From Fonticula alba ATCC 38817 (taxonomy: Eukaryota; Protista; Nucleariida), in the NCBI GenBank assembly GCA_000388065.2, contig KB932209.1: 64,000 bases of DNA; one strand, written 5' to 3'. Both the position numbers and the translations under genes were made by a program. The notes beneath the pieces were generated by a model. It saw only the letters and a program-made list of their open reading frames with translations, was not told the origin of the DNA and did no database searches. Of the stretch, positions 49,350 through 61,837 are shown in pieces (position 1 is the stretch's first letter; each line of letters opens with the position of its first letter).

Positions 49350-51795
49350 ACAAACAGAGGCGGTGTGTATGAGCGTGCGACCGCGCTGGTGCGCATGTGC
49401 AGGCACATACATCCTCGCTTTGGTGCCCTCGGCGGCGTCCGCGTGATGCCGCGCTACTGGGCACACCGAGATCCCGGGAACACAGCCCCAAGATAGAGCA
49501 AGGAAGAAGGAGTGCCAGAGAGGGAGAGAGGAGGGGGGAGGGGGGAGAGATCAACAACGAGGAGGGAAAGCGCGCCTCGCGTGGTGGCCTTTTTCTTCCT
49601 CCTCCTCGTGCTCTGTGTCTCCCCCGCACGCCCCCCCCCCCTTCCTGTTGGGCCTGCCCCTCGCGCATATGCGCACGTGCATGCATGCGCTACAACAATG
49701 TGCTGCGTGGCGTAGCCGACCTGTGGGCGGGAGGCTCCTCTCCTCCCATCATCCTCCGAATGCTACCTGTGTGTGTGTGTGTGCGTCATGTAGAACATGG
49801 CCACCATGCGCGTGCCCATACACCCGCACACCCACACGCGCGTCTCTTTGTGTTTCCTCTTGCATTATTCCCTCAAATAAAAAACCCTCTTTTCATTTGC
49901 GCCGTGATGGTGCATGCTGGCCCGGGGCGCAGAGAAAACAAGGAGAGGCGAGAGGGAGAGAAAGGAGGGGCAGATCGCCTTTCGCGCGCGCTCGCACTCG
50001 CGTAAACACGCCGGGCCCATCGACCTCGTTTGCGTCGGGCACTATCGGGAGTGGAACCGACGAGCAGACAACAACCGCGGGCTCTCGGCATCTCGCCAGG
50101 AGGAAGTCACCAGTGGGAGGCGCATGAAAACACCGACATGAGCGGGGCCCTTTCCCGGGAGACGCGGATCGGGGCCGGCCGGCTCCCGTGATGATGTGGG
50201 TATGCTGTACCATGTGACACTCGGGCTCGGAGCGATAATGATGTTCTTCAGCGGCGTGGCCGCGTGCGCCAATGTCAAACGAGTCGGACCCTTTGACCGC
50301 ATGCTCCCGGAGACGGTCCCCTCCCTCCCGCCGTCCCCCGCCCTTTTCCCCGGGGGGGGGGGGGGGGGCGGCGTAACCTGCACCGGGCACCAGGCACCTC
50401 GGCAGACGACAATTCGGAGACTTGTCCCCCTTCCAGGCCAGCCGAGAAGGCCCTTGGGAAGTAATTCCGGTATTCTTCGGGGAGGTAACAGGGGAGGCCC
50501 CAGGCACAGCTGCCGCGAGGATCGCCCGTGCTGGCCGGCCTGTTCAGAGAAACAGCGCCGCTGTCTGTGCCCGTTTGCGGGTGCCCATTTTTCGGGCCCG
50601 CTAACCCGGTATGCAAGGGCATGGCTGGACATGAAAAGTCTACGCCGCCCATTTTTCCCGGTGTGGTTCGCGTGCGCCCGGCTCCCGCCTCCTCCTGCCC
50701 GGCACAGGAGGTCAAGGCGGGAAATGGGGGGGGGGGTAGGGAGTCGGCGCCCGGCTTGCAGTAATGTCATCCTTACCCTTGGAGCGAACTTGGTGAAGGA
50801 ATAACAAAGGAAACAGATCTTGCCTGCAACGGCCTGTTATGCTGAACTCCGTCCCCCCCCCCAAGGCCGAAAGCCGACCTCGCACGGAGCAAGACCCCGG
50901 AGGATAGGAGACTCAAATCCGGGGAGGAGTCATTTTTATCGACTGGTCCTGCCCAGCCCGGCCCGGCCCTGACACACACGGCGCGCGCAGAACAATAACA
51001 ATGCAGGTGCCTCGGGCGCCGGGGCGCGAGCGAGAGTGTGGGGCCGACACAACAGAGGGGCGCGGTCCTGCCCTTTGCAACGCTCTTGTGTAGCCCCCCC
51101 CCCCCTCGAAAAGTCCTGATAAACAGAGAAGGGCCGCGCGTGGCAAACACAAATACCCATGTAAATCCCGGGGGTCAGGCGGCTCTCCCCCATCCCCCCC
51201 CCCCTTCACCCTGTTTTTGAGCCGAAAAATTCAACCGACACAGAAAGAGCGCGAGAGCGGGGCCGCGCCGCGTGGGCACGCCCCCCCCCCCCCCGCTCGG
51301 GCCCCTCTCTGGCAACAGCGCGAGGGGGGTGGGGTGGGGGAGAAGAAGGAAGGACACACAGGGGAGGAAGCCAGAGGTGTTTATATGTGTATAGTTGCAA
51401 AAAGAGGATACAGAGAGAGGGGGGGCAGGGAAGGCTGCGGCGCGTCCGCGCACAAACGCGTGCGTGGGGGGAGGGGGGGGCGCGGTGCAGCGATGTTCCC
51501 CCAAACAAGGTATCGTATCGCAGGGGGAGAGCGCGGCTCAGCCTCGCGCATGCGCGCGGCGCACACACACGCACAGACATACAACACACAAGCACGCTAA
51601 ACTGGCAAGGGAATGATGGCGGCGGTGGGGGCAGCGCGCATGACGGCGGCAGCGGACAAGCAGCTGCCACCGGCCATCTCTGCCCAAACCCGGAGACTGG
51701 TGTCAGGGAGAGAAGGGCAGCCCCTCACGCAGTGAGGAGGAGACGAGCTGCGGCGACGACCGGAGGCGGGCGGCTGATCCCAGGAGCTAGGCCAT

Positions 51796-52596
51796 TTAGA
51801 AGAGGGCAGCAACCAGGGTGGAGGCAACGGCGGCGACGACGGCGGCACCAGCGACCAGGGTGGAGGAAGAGTTGACGTGGCAGTACTTCTTGTCCTTCTT
51901 GGAGGGGGCGCACTCGGGGGCGGCCTCGAGCTCGGGGTCGAAGGCAGCAGTGCACTTGGCAATCTGGGCATCGGAACCGAAGTCACCGGTGAGCTCAAGG
52001 GTGAAAGCGGGGGCGGACTCAGAGGCGGGGGCGGACTCAGAGCCAGAGGCGGGGGNNNNNNNNNNNNNNNNNNNNNNNNNNNNNNNNNNNNNNNNNNNAG
52101 AGCCGGAGGCGGGGGCGGACTCAGAGCCGGAGGCGGGGGCAGAGCCGGAGCCGGAGGCGGGGGTGGAGCCGGAGCCGGAGGCGGGGGTGGAGCCAGAGCC
52201 AGAGCCAGAGGCGGGGGTGGAGCCAGAGCCAGAGCCAGAGCCACCGGTGAAGGTGACGGAGGTGCAGGCGTGGAAGATGTAGGTCTTCTCGGCGCACTCG
52301 ACGTCGCACTCGTACTCGACGGGGGCGGAGCCGGAGCCGGAAGCGGGGGCAGAGCCGGAAGCGGGGGCAGAGCCGGAAGCGGGGGCAGAGCCGGAGGCGG
52401 GGGCAGAGCCGGAGGCGGGGGCAGAGCCGGAGGCAGCGGCAGCACCGACGACCTTGCGGAGGTTGCAGTTGGGGAGGGTGACGTTAAGGCAGTCCTTCTC
52501 GAAGTCGACCGCGCCGAAGGTGGGGGTCTTGGAGGCGGCGAGGGCGGAGCCGGAAAGGGCGAGGGTGGCAACGGCAATGGCAGCGAGCTTGGACAT
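51796..52596 (-). CDS. Signal-peptide, probably GPI-anchored, Cys-containing surface protein with APASGS/STPASGSG tandem repeats (43-nt gap inside the repeat)
   Basis: N-terminal MSKLAAIAVATLALSGSALA; eight Cys in non-repeat segments; C-terminal NSSS followed by hydrophobic TLVAGAAVVAAVASTLVAALF*; strong C-ending codon bias like RPS2. Confidence 0.85.
   Translation of the reverse strand: MSKLAAIAVATLALSGSALAASKTPTFGAVDFEKDCLNVTLPNCNLRKVVGAAAASGSAPASGSAPASGSAPASGSAPASGSAPASGSGSAPVEYECDVECAEKTYIFHACTSVTFTGGSGSGSGSTPASGSGSGSTPASGSGSTPASGSGSAPASGSESAPASGSXXXXXXXXXXXXXXXPASGSESAPASESAPAFTLELTGDFGSDAQIAKCTAAFDPELEAAPECAPSKKDKKYCHVNSSSTLVAGAAVVAAVASTLVAALF
52000..52440. repeat. Two coding minisatellite blocks (about 52321-52440 with an 18-nt unit, and about 52000-52245 with 18-30-nt units) encoding APASGS-type repeats
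   Basis: Repeated GCGGGGGCAGAGCCGGA(A/G) and GGCGGGGGTGGAGCC(A/G)GAG units on the + strand. Confidence 0.9.
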
Positions 52597-52599
52597 CTT

Positions 52600-52895
52600 C
52601 TGTGGGGGCAAAAGAGGAAGGGGAGAGAGAGGGGGGGGGAAAATGGAGGGAGGGGGCAGGGCATGAGAGAATGAGTATTGCGCAGATGAGGGAGCGATGA
52701 AGAACAATGCACGGATGTGTTCTGTGGCGGGGCGCGGGAAGGGGGGCGGATGGGACAAGGGGCATGCATGGGCGGCGACAAGCGGGGGCGCACGCCCGGC
52801 TGCGCTGGGAGGAATGGGCAGCAGGGCGAGGGAGAGGGCCGCGGATGGGGAAGATGGAAGGGGGGGGGGAGAGGGAAAACAGAGGAAGAACGCAC
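52600..52895 (-). other. Probable 5'UTR intron of the GPI/repeat gene
   Basis: GTGCGT donor at 52895 (minus strand), pyrimidine-rich body, CCCCCACAG acceptor 3 nt before the ATG. Confidence 0.6.
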
Positions 52896-52990
52896 GGCTA
52901 AAGGGGAGAAAGAGGCAAAATCAGAATAGGACACAGTCGAATTCAGATAGGGTAACCCATCTCACAGGAGGTGGGAGTTTGGGCGGGCCC

Positions 52991-53000
52991 ATTTATATAG
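52991..53000 (-). promoter_or_regulatory. TATA box (CTATATAAAT on the minus strand) of the GPI/repeat gene
   Basis: Canonical TATATAAA in an otherwise very GC-rich region, ~100 nt upstream of the UTR-intron donor and in the correct orientation. Confidence 0.7.
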
Positions 53001-56000
53001 TGGCCGTCTGTGTCATCCACCCCCGACCGCAGGGCACCCCGGCCACTGCACGAACCTGGCGGCGGGACGGACGCGCGTAAGGTGCCGGAGGACGGGAGCA
53101 CCTGCCCCTCACACAGCCCCCCCCTCCCCCCCTCATCCACCGATTCTTCCCAGGAAGCGAGCAAGGGCCACAAGCGCACAGCCTCCTGTGTACACGGGAG
53201 GCGGCCTCGCCCGAGCGCCTCGCTCTCCCTCCGGCCCCGCCTCCGCCCAGGGGGGCCCCATGCCCTCTCTCCGTTCGGGTCCAACCGGCGTGGGGGCCCG
53301 GGGGGGAGTATATCTCCGCTGAGAAGGCGCAGTTGGCGGGGTGCACCAGACTCCGAGTCGCCCCCTGTACAAGTGATGGCCCGCCCCTGCCCCCCCCCCC
53401 GGCCTCCGCGCCTCCGCTCGCTGGCGCGCGCGCATGTGCGACCCGCTCGAGAACCGCGACTCGTCGGGTGGCGGCCCCCCCCCCCCCCCCCCCCGGTCGG
53501 GAGGCAGGGCGGGGGGAACGGCGCCCGGAACAGCTCCATCGTGAACACGACCAGCGTGCGCAGGGAGAAGGGGGACGCCCTTCTCGTCGCCGGCTAGCCG
53601 TTACAGGGCCGGTACCGGGCGGTGGGCTCTCTTCCCCAGCATGCCGGCGAGGTGGGTTCGTCCGGCCTGCCAGCGTGCGCGGGACCGCGTGCAAATGGGC
53701 GAGATTTGAGCGCGCCACAAGCACGCAAGCCGGCAGCGTGGCGTGCGTGTCCGGCCCGCGAGGAGAGCAGGTGGTCCGGAAGAGGAAACGTGAAAATCCG
53801 TTACTTGGTAGCCGCACGGGCGGGGGAGTCCATGTTGGGCTGAGATGCCTCCGACCCCAAGTCAGGCCCAAATGCGCGGATATCACAGCCTTGGGGCGTA
53901 TCAAAGAAGAGGGGAGGCTCCCCTGATGCAGGCCGGGGGGGGGGGGGGGGGGGCAGGTGCGTGCCCGGGGGGGGGGAAGAGGGACAGCACTTGTGCCGCC
54001 GGGGCAGGCAGACCTGGCCCGTTGCATCGTACCATGTACAGGGCCAGCAGCACGCACGAGCAGAGGATGCCCCGGATGCCACCGAGGCCGGCCCCGGTGC
54101 GGAGCTGGTCCAGCGAGGCGTCGATGGGGGGGGCGGGGCAGGTGCGTGCCCGGCCTGAGGCTCGCCCTTCGCCGTAACCAATAACACGGGCGGATCGCCA
54201 TCACAGTGACGCCCAACAAACGGGCCCCCGCGGTGAATACAATTTCCAGCAAGGGGAGGGGGAGAAGGAAAAGCGCGGCCCGGCCGACGGCCCGCGCCGG
54301 GGCAGACGAGGGGGGGGGGGGAGGCCAGCGGGAGGGGGAAACATTCCATTCGCTCCGAGACAAAGAGGATGCTTCCCGGCGCTTAGGGGGGACTGTGACC
54401 CTCCATCGAGGCGGGCCTTGCTCGCCCCACGCAGCCACACTGCCCCTGAAGGCGGTCTCCGGCGCGAATAAAGCACACCCGCGAAGGGGGCAGCAGGAGC
54501 GGAAGGTCCCCCCGGCGGCTCCGGGTGAACCGCACCAAGCAATCCGGCCGCCGGGAGGTGTGTGTGTGTGTGGATCGGCATGGTACGGCCCTCCTTTCCG
54601 CCCTTGGTGGCGGGGAATTATTTTCCACCCTCGGCGCCAGGTTGGGCGCGAGAGACTCGGCGAGAGCGCCCGGGGCTCAGAATGCCCCCATGGGGGCAGC
54701 GTGGGGGGCCGCCCGGGGAAAAGACACCCGGCCTCGGGACGGGGGCGGGACGGGGGGACATCCACCACACGACAGCGAAGCGGCCGGGCGTGCAGCAACA
54801 CTCAGAGCGACAGCGGGAGGGAGAGAGAGAGAGAGAGACTCCACGCCACGGCGTAGTCGGCACTGCGGCGGTCCTCCCCAAGGACGATGACGAACCGCGG
54901 GACAGCTATCGCACCGAGCACTGGCGCACGCCGGCGGCGACGCATGCCCCCCCCCCCCCCAGCCATCCACTATCCCGGTTCACCTGGAGGGCCAACCGAA
55001 GGGAGACCCGAGCGCGCCACGACCGGGGTTGACATGGGCCCGAGGCGGCGTTCGGGGCCGGCCGAAAATTCCCTGATGCACTCTCTTCACCCGAATCCCG
55101 GCCAGGGCAAGTGTTTCACGATTATTCCGGGCATCAAATAAAAACCATATAGGCCCTTCTCCTCCGACGAGCGCAGAGGGGGGGGGGAACATGGCGGCCG
55201 CCGCGCTCCCCGTTGGTTCTGCCATTCGCCGCTCGGACGAGTCACCCCTGGGTCCTGGCCCGGGTCGCCCCTTATTGCGGTGCTTCTCTGGCGCGAATAC
55301 TTCCGTGCTCGCCTGGCGCGGGCCGCCGGGTGTCGAGACGCCCCGCCCCGCGCCCGCCGCCAATGGCCCGGGCATCCCTCTCGGCACAGACGCTCTCAGG
55401 GTACCTCTCACGCGTGCACGCGCACGTCCTTCCTCCTGAGGTTGCATTTGATATCCCACCAGAGGCCGCAAGAAGCACGCCCAGCTTCCCTCTCGGGAGA
55501 GTGTCCATCTTCCGAGCGTGCAGACAGGCCCACCCCCTCACAGGCTCCGACACTCCCCCGGCCGACCGCCGCCGGCGCCCGGGGCCGTGTTGCCGGCCCC
55601 GGGGCTCCCGCCGGGGCGAGGGCGCCAACGACATTCCTTTCTCCGGTCATCTGGTCTGGCAAAAAGTCCGCATGGTGCCAGCTTGGCTGGCTGCTTGCCG
55701 CTCGCCGCCCGCCTGCCCGGCCGCCCGCCCGGGGGAGTGTGCTCCTCGAGCGAACGACGGTTTCACCGGCCCCATTGGCGGGTCCGGAGGGGGGCACAGG
55801 CGACGAGGGACCACCGGCGAACTCTCCGCGCAAACCTCGCTCTCCTGATGTTGGCGCGGCGGCCTCCTCGCGCGTTCTTTCGCGCTCGGTCGCCGCCCGG
55901 GGAATAGGCGTCTCGTCGGCCAGTCTTTCCGCTTGTCCCGCGCCCGCCCCCCCTCCCCCCCCCTCCCTCTCCGGCCGTTGACTCGCCTTGGGCGGCGGCC

Positions 56001-56465
56001 CGAGGCCACCCGGAGGGCACATTTCTCCTTGCGCATTAGCCACCCACGCACCTTGGAGCAAAGGGGAGCTTCGGCCTTCGGGGAAAGGGTGCCCCCAATG
56101 TCGTGCCGGCCTAGTCACCACGGCGCGGGGGGGGGGGGGGGGGGGGGGGCCCGCCTGGCGGGCGAGGGCCCCCCGCGTCCATACACACGCGGAGGCCGCG
56201 AACATCCCCCCCCTGCTCCCGAGAGGATTGGTCTCGCCCAGGCAAGGGCTCCTTCCCAATTCTGTCCTTTCTCCCCGCCTTTGGCGCCCTCAGGGGGAGG
56301 GCGTTCTCTCGGTGGGGGCGGGGGTGGGTGGGGGGGGGGGAGGGGGGCTGGCCGAGACCCGTTTGCGTGGTGTCGCGCCTCTGCGCCCACAGGCCAGGGC
56401 CTTGGGGGATTTGGTGGGTCCTGTCTTCCGTTGTTTTGTGGTCGTACGTGCGTGCGTACTTGCGC

Positions 56466-56698
56466 GCCAAAGCCCTCCCCGGCCCGAAGCATGTCCGCCC
56501 GGAGGGGGAGCCGGGCAAGCGGGCTGACTGTGCCCCCCGCCCCCGCNNNNNNNNNNNNNNNNNNNNNNNNNNNNNNNNNNNNNNNNNNNNNNNNNNNNNN
56601 NNNNNNNNNNNNNNNNNNNNNNNNNNNNNNNNNNNNNNNNNNNNNNNNNNNNNNNNNNNNNNNNGCCAAAGCCCTCCCCGGCCCGAAGCATGTCCGCC
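56466..56698. repeat. 34-bp exact direct repeat (GCCAAAGCCCTCCCCGGCCCGAAGCATGTCCGCC) at 56466 and 56665, on either side of gap 56547-56664
   Basis: Read directly; either a local tandem duplication or a scaffolding artefact. Confidence 0.7.
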
Positions 56699-59037
56699 GG
56701 GTGGGTGGGGGGGGGGGGGCTGCGTTGTGTGACCCCGTCTCGGGCCGCCCCTGGGGCCTTCCAAGCCCCTCTTTCCTCGAGGCGCCGGTTCTCCCGCCTT
56801 CAGGCGCCCCGCGGAGAGGGAGAGAGAGAGAGAGAGAGAGCCCCCGCCCCGCCTCCCCAGCCCCGTTGTGGCTTCTCCAAGGGGGCGAGCGGAGGGCCCC
56901 CCGACCAGCGCGCGCATGGCCCCTCTCATTTCGTCAGTCGCTCCTCCTAGGGATGCGCGGGGGGAAGGTGCGGGCGCGGGGCGTGGGCCCGAGAGAAGCA
57001 TCTATCAGGGGTGTGCTGCCCTTGCGACTGGATGCCCCCACCGCGGGAGGGGCGACGGGGGCGTCGCAACGGGACTGCCGCTTCCGACTCCGGAAAGTCC
57101 AGCTTGGGCGGTGGAGCGCCCGCACACGCGGAACGGGCGCGGCCGGCCGTCCTCGGCAACAGAAGCGCACTCCATGGCATGGCTAACACAGCCCTCGCCC
57201 CCCCCCCCCCCTGTTCGGCCGGCCGGCCCTCAGGGCGATGTCAGCAATGGCATGGGCCGGCGCGCCGCCCCCCCCCCCTCCCGGGGGCCGTCCTCTCCCG
57301 ACCGGAGCCGCAACACAAGTCGGAACGAGGCGACGCCGCGCGAGGTCCGCTGTCCTGCCTTGTCCCCATCGGCGCGGCCTTCGTCGGTGGGTCGCAGGCG
57401 GCGCGTGGGTGGCAGAGGATGGGCTCTTGCCGGGCCCCGGCGGCGGTGGTCTCCCCCCCCCCCGGCGGGCCAGACGCAGCCCGGCGGCGATGTCCTGGTC
57501 TTGCGTCACCGGGCAAGCGATGGGCCTAGCTCCATTGGGCTGGCCTCTTCAGGGGTCCTGACCCGGCGTCAAGGTTGCCCGGTGCTCCGACGGCGTTCCG
57601 GCTAAATTAGCCACCTTAGGACCTTGCCGCGGCCCCCGATAGTCGATGTGGGACGCCCGGCCCCCCCCCCCCCCCCCCGGCTCCCTCGGGCACGGTGGAA
57701 TAAAGAAGGTCAACGGGCCGGCCCTGGCTGCTCGAGATGGTCGTGCTCTTGGTCGCGTCCGCCACCACCGTCGACCGTGGAGGAACCGCACCCCGCGCCT
57801 GTCGGCTCGCGGAGGAAGGGGGTCGCCACATTGCATCACAGCCTAGTCCACCCGGGGCCTTTCAAAGGCCGGCAGCCGCACCGAGTCAGCGTTTGTCGGG
57901 GCGCAAGGCCGTGCCCGAGCGCCAGGCGAATGGCTGACCCGCCTGTCGCCCAAACGGAAGGCCCTTCCAGCAAGTGCGACCGAGCACCGAATGCCCCGGG
58001 TTGATCTCCCCCCCCCCCCTCCCGCCCGCTGGCGAGAGAGGCTCTTCCCGAACCTGAGGAGGGGGAGAGGAAACACGCATGGCCCCGCCGCCCCCTCCCT
58101 CGTCCTGGAGGGAAATTCCTCCGGCGCGTGGAGGGTTCACAGACGGGGCAGCCGCCCATGAAGCGCCGCCCCCCCCCCCCCCCCGACTAACGGGAAGTCC
58201 CGGATGCGAACCGTCGCGCACGACTCACCACCGAGAGGGACATCCGCGCGGACTGGCACAGGAAGGGTCTGGAATATGTGACCCCAGCGCCAGCCTGCGT
58301 GACGATGGCCCAGCCGTTCGTCCGCCCTCCTTCAACCACACGGTCGAGGAGGGTCGCCGGGCCGGGCTCGTTGGTGGGATCCCCCCACACTGGGGAATAC
58401 CCTTGCCAAAGGAGACCGAAACCCGGGCGGGGGCTGACGAGGATCCGGCTCCGGCAGAAGACTGGGCTCCCTCTCACCCCCGACGGGGCCATTCCCGCGC
58501 TACACGCACTCTCACTCTTCCCAAAGGGGCGGCAAGACCCCCGATAGCACCTCACCCCCAAGCCCGAGCGTTCGCGGCCATGGACCCCCCTCTTTGAGGG
58601 GAACACCCCGCGTGAGGATCTCTCGGACATGGCCGCCCCCTGTCGCCCGGGCCGACTCCGGAGTTCGTGCGGGGACCCTCGGCCTCTACACGCACCACAC
58701 ACACCCAAACCAGAGGGGGAAAGGCGCAACAGAATCCACCCCCGAGCCGCATAAGGAGGGACATCACATCGCAGAATGAAGCTGGACGCGCACCAAATCA
58801 AAACAATGTTCCCCCCCCCTCCCCACCTCACACGCGTACGCCGATCCGCGGGGGTCGGCCCGCTGGGGGAGGCTTCTTTGAGGTCGCCGAAGCAGCCCAT
58901 GCCAGCCATTGGTCAAGCGCATATAATCGCCCCATGAACACGCGATACATCGAGATGGGGCGTGACTTGGAATACCATTTGGCACCATGTGCCGAGCCGC
59001 CCTCCAACGTCGAGGCAACACGGCCCCTCCCGGCAAG

Positions 59038-59071
<34 letters not shown>

Positions 59072-59698
59072 CCCCCCCCCCCCCCCCCCCCCCCGGGCCT
59101 CAGCGGGTCCCTCGCAAGACTCCCACAACGTGGCCGGGCTCTCCCCGCCTCCGGGTCCCATCACCCCCCTCCCCCAGGCGTCCGAGAGAAAGAGGAAGAG
59201 AGAGAGAGAGGGGGGGGGGGGGGACTCCGTTACTCCCTCCCACCCCTCCTCGGGATGCTGATCACAACTCCCTGCCCCACGCGCACACACACCTGTCCCC
59301 TCCATGCATGAGGCCCGATGATCGAGACTGCCAGAACCCTCCCGCCCTCTCCTCCCCTTCTCGCCAGATCTGTCAGGCAGCACCCTCCCCCGGCTGCCCT
59401 GTTCGATACCCCTCAGAGACAGCCCTCCCCCTCCTCTTTTGACCTGTTGCCTCATCCCCCGTTAGTGCCCCTCCCCTCCTCCCCTCACCATTTCCTCTCC
59501 TCCCCGCCCCCCCCCCCCCTGCCCCTCGGCTGCCTTGCTTGCATGCCCTGCCGGCAGAGCAGCCCTTTTGTCCGACCACCTGGTGATGCGCACATCCGCT
59601 CCCCTATCGCCACCAACACTTGAGCAGTCCTGTCACCCAAACTCACACCCCCCCTCCCCCCCTGCTCCGCATGCCACCCAGATCCCCTCCTCATCACC

Positions 59699-60231
59699 AT
59701 GCACCTCATGTTCTACCCCGGCCCCAACGGCGAGCGTATCTACACCCTCAAGGTGCGCCCTCCTGTTCGAGCAGGCACCCCGCCTGGCAGCCCTGCATCC
59801 CCCATGCCCACACGCACACACACGCACACACCTCCCCTACTTACAACTCTGCAATCCCCCCCCNNNNNNNNNNNNNNNNNNNNNNNNNNNNNNNNNNNNN
59901 NNNNNNNNNNNNNNNNNNNNNNNNNNNNNNNNNNNNNNNNNNNNNNNNNNNNNNNNNNNNNNNNNNNNNNNNNNNNNNNNNNNNNNNNNNNNNNNNNNNN
60001 NNNNNNNNNNNNNNNNNNNNNNNNNNNNNNNNNNNNNNNNNNNNNNNNNNNNNNNNNNNNNNNNNNNNNNNNNNNNNNNNNNNNNNNNNNNNNNNCCCCC
60101 GTCTGACGCTATGACCTGCCACACATGACCCGCCAGCCCGCTTCTCCCCGGACGACAAGTACTCCCGCCAGCGTGTGACCCTCAAGCGCCGCTTCGGCCT
60201 CCTGCCCACCCAGCGTGCTGAGACCAACTAA
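59699..60231 (+). CDS. NOP10: H/ACA snoRNP subunit Nop10; exon 1 59699-59752, last exon 60137-60231, middle exon presumably in gap 59864-60095
   Basis: [18 protein letters not shown]|...[26 protein letters not shown] matches Nop10. The conserved K.DP.G..T.SAHP segment is missing, and exon 1 (phase 0) cannot join the last exon (phase 1) directly. Confidence 0.93.
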
Positions 60232-61829
60232 AGAGGTGCCTTTGACGCGCGCGCCCCCCCTCTGCAACTGCGCGAGCATGTTCCCCTCTCGCCGCCTTCC
60301 CTCCCCTGTGCCGCCTTATCCAAGGACCCCTGGCGCCCCTGGCTCAGGGAGAGCGGCTCTCGGGCGCGAAGGCAGCGAGAGGCGAAGTCGAACGCCAACA
60401 ACACCAAACACCCCGGCACCCGGTGCCCCCTCCATGACATCTACCTCACAGACACTCGCACGCGCAGCCTGCAACGCCCACGGTGACATTCACCGCGCCC
60501 ACAGGCGCCACACAAAGCCCCTCCCGCCTCCCGCCTCCCCGGCTCCCGGCCCTCTCCTCTCCCCCCTCACACAATGAGAGGCTGGCTGCCGCTGCTGCCG
60601 CGCCGCCAGGGCACACCCCGTAGTGTGGCTGTAACATAATAGAACTCTGAGAAAAGACGACGAGAGAAAGGCAGGGGGGGGGGAAGATGACGCAGACCAT
60701 GTAGTATGGACGGGTGCTTGGCATTTGACCGTGTGCTCCGGCCCTGGCTTCCGTGGATCGGGCCGGGGGTGGCCCATCCGGCAAGGTGGGCAAGGTGGGC
60801 ACGATGGGCCAGGCAGAGAGGGACTTGCACAGCATAGGGGCACCCAGCGGGAGTCGATCGTGCACACAGGTGCCCTCGGCCTCGCCAGAACACGGCGGAC
60901 GTGCCTCAGGTGACCAGTATCGGGAAGGAGCCCGTGAGTTTTTGTGCATGTGATATGCCTGATGAGGAAGCTGGCCTCGCAAAATCTCCTGATGTCGTCT
61001 GAAAGTGGTTAACTCAGAGAGAACACTGTTCCTTTTGCAAACAAGGCGCCCTCCCTCGCTGCCTCTCTATTGACTCAAAAATAGCGCCCATTAAAAAGGC
61101 CCAATATCTTCCCTAATTTTGACTGTCTAGGAAAGGGAAGTTGCATGCGTACGCAGACATGCTCCCTGCCTGCGACGGGGTTCACTAAACCCTTTGTGAT
61201 ACCTTCTCGGGGGGTTGGTGTCGAGACTGACTCTTCTCCTTTGTCCGTCTCGCGAACTCTCCACGGCTGCCGATGCCGGCTTCCTGGGACGAGAGGGCTG
61301 GTAGATGCAGTGGATGCTCTCGCGTCCTTCATGCGCTTCGCAGCGCAGGGAGGTGCATGCGTAGCGTTGTCCAACCCCCCCCCCCCCCCCCGAAATGGGC
61401 CACGTTCTCTAAGCCGGGATTTAGGGTGGAGGGGGAACCTGCCTGCTTGTGGGATCCCTCCCCCCCGGTCAGTTGGCTGCTACCGCCAGTGTCCGGGTGT
61501 TCGGTTTATCGGTCCCGCGCGTTGTGTCCCCCTCCCTTTGCTGCTGGGCGTGGATGGGAGAGGCCTCTTGCCGTGTGTGGCGCCTGCGCACCCTCCGGAG
61601 AGAGTCCGTCGGTGGACGGTTGCTGGATGCCCGTGCGTGGGCGGCCACAGACGGGCCGGGGGGTGGATGGCCACCGTGGGGGGGGCTCGTCCCGCCCCGG
61701 GGCCAGGTCTGTGTGCCCGGCCCGGGGAGTGGTCTCCCCTCCCTGTCTCGCCGAGAGGGTGTAGGGCCGGCCCCGGCGGGGGGAGGCGGAAAGAGAGAGA
61801 GAGAGAGCCGGACAGAGGCAGACACCGGC

Positions 61830-61837
61830 TTATATGA
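61830..61837 (+). promoter_or_regulatory. TATA-like element (TTATATGA) upstream of the RPS2 non-coding first exon
   Basis: AT-rich hexamer ~20-30 nt before a pyrimidine-rich putative start and ~75 nt before the 61912 donor. Confidence 0.4.

Noticed and set aside
53951-54155. Duplicated 19-mer GGGGCAGGTGCGTGCCCGG containing a plus-strand donor consensus
   Set aside because: No plus-strand coding exon precedes either copy; low-complexity context.
60950-61010. CTGATGA...CTGA...CTGA in an AT-richer island, C/D snoRNA-like
   Set aside because: Short, no terminal stem, and I found no rRNA complementarity upstream of either CTGA.
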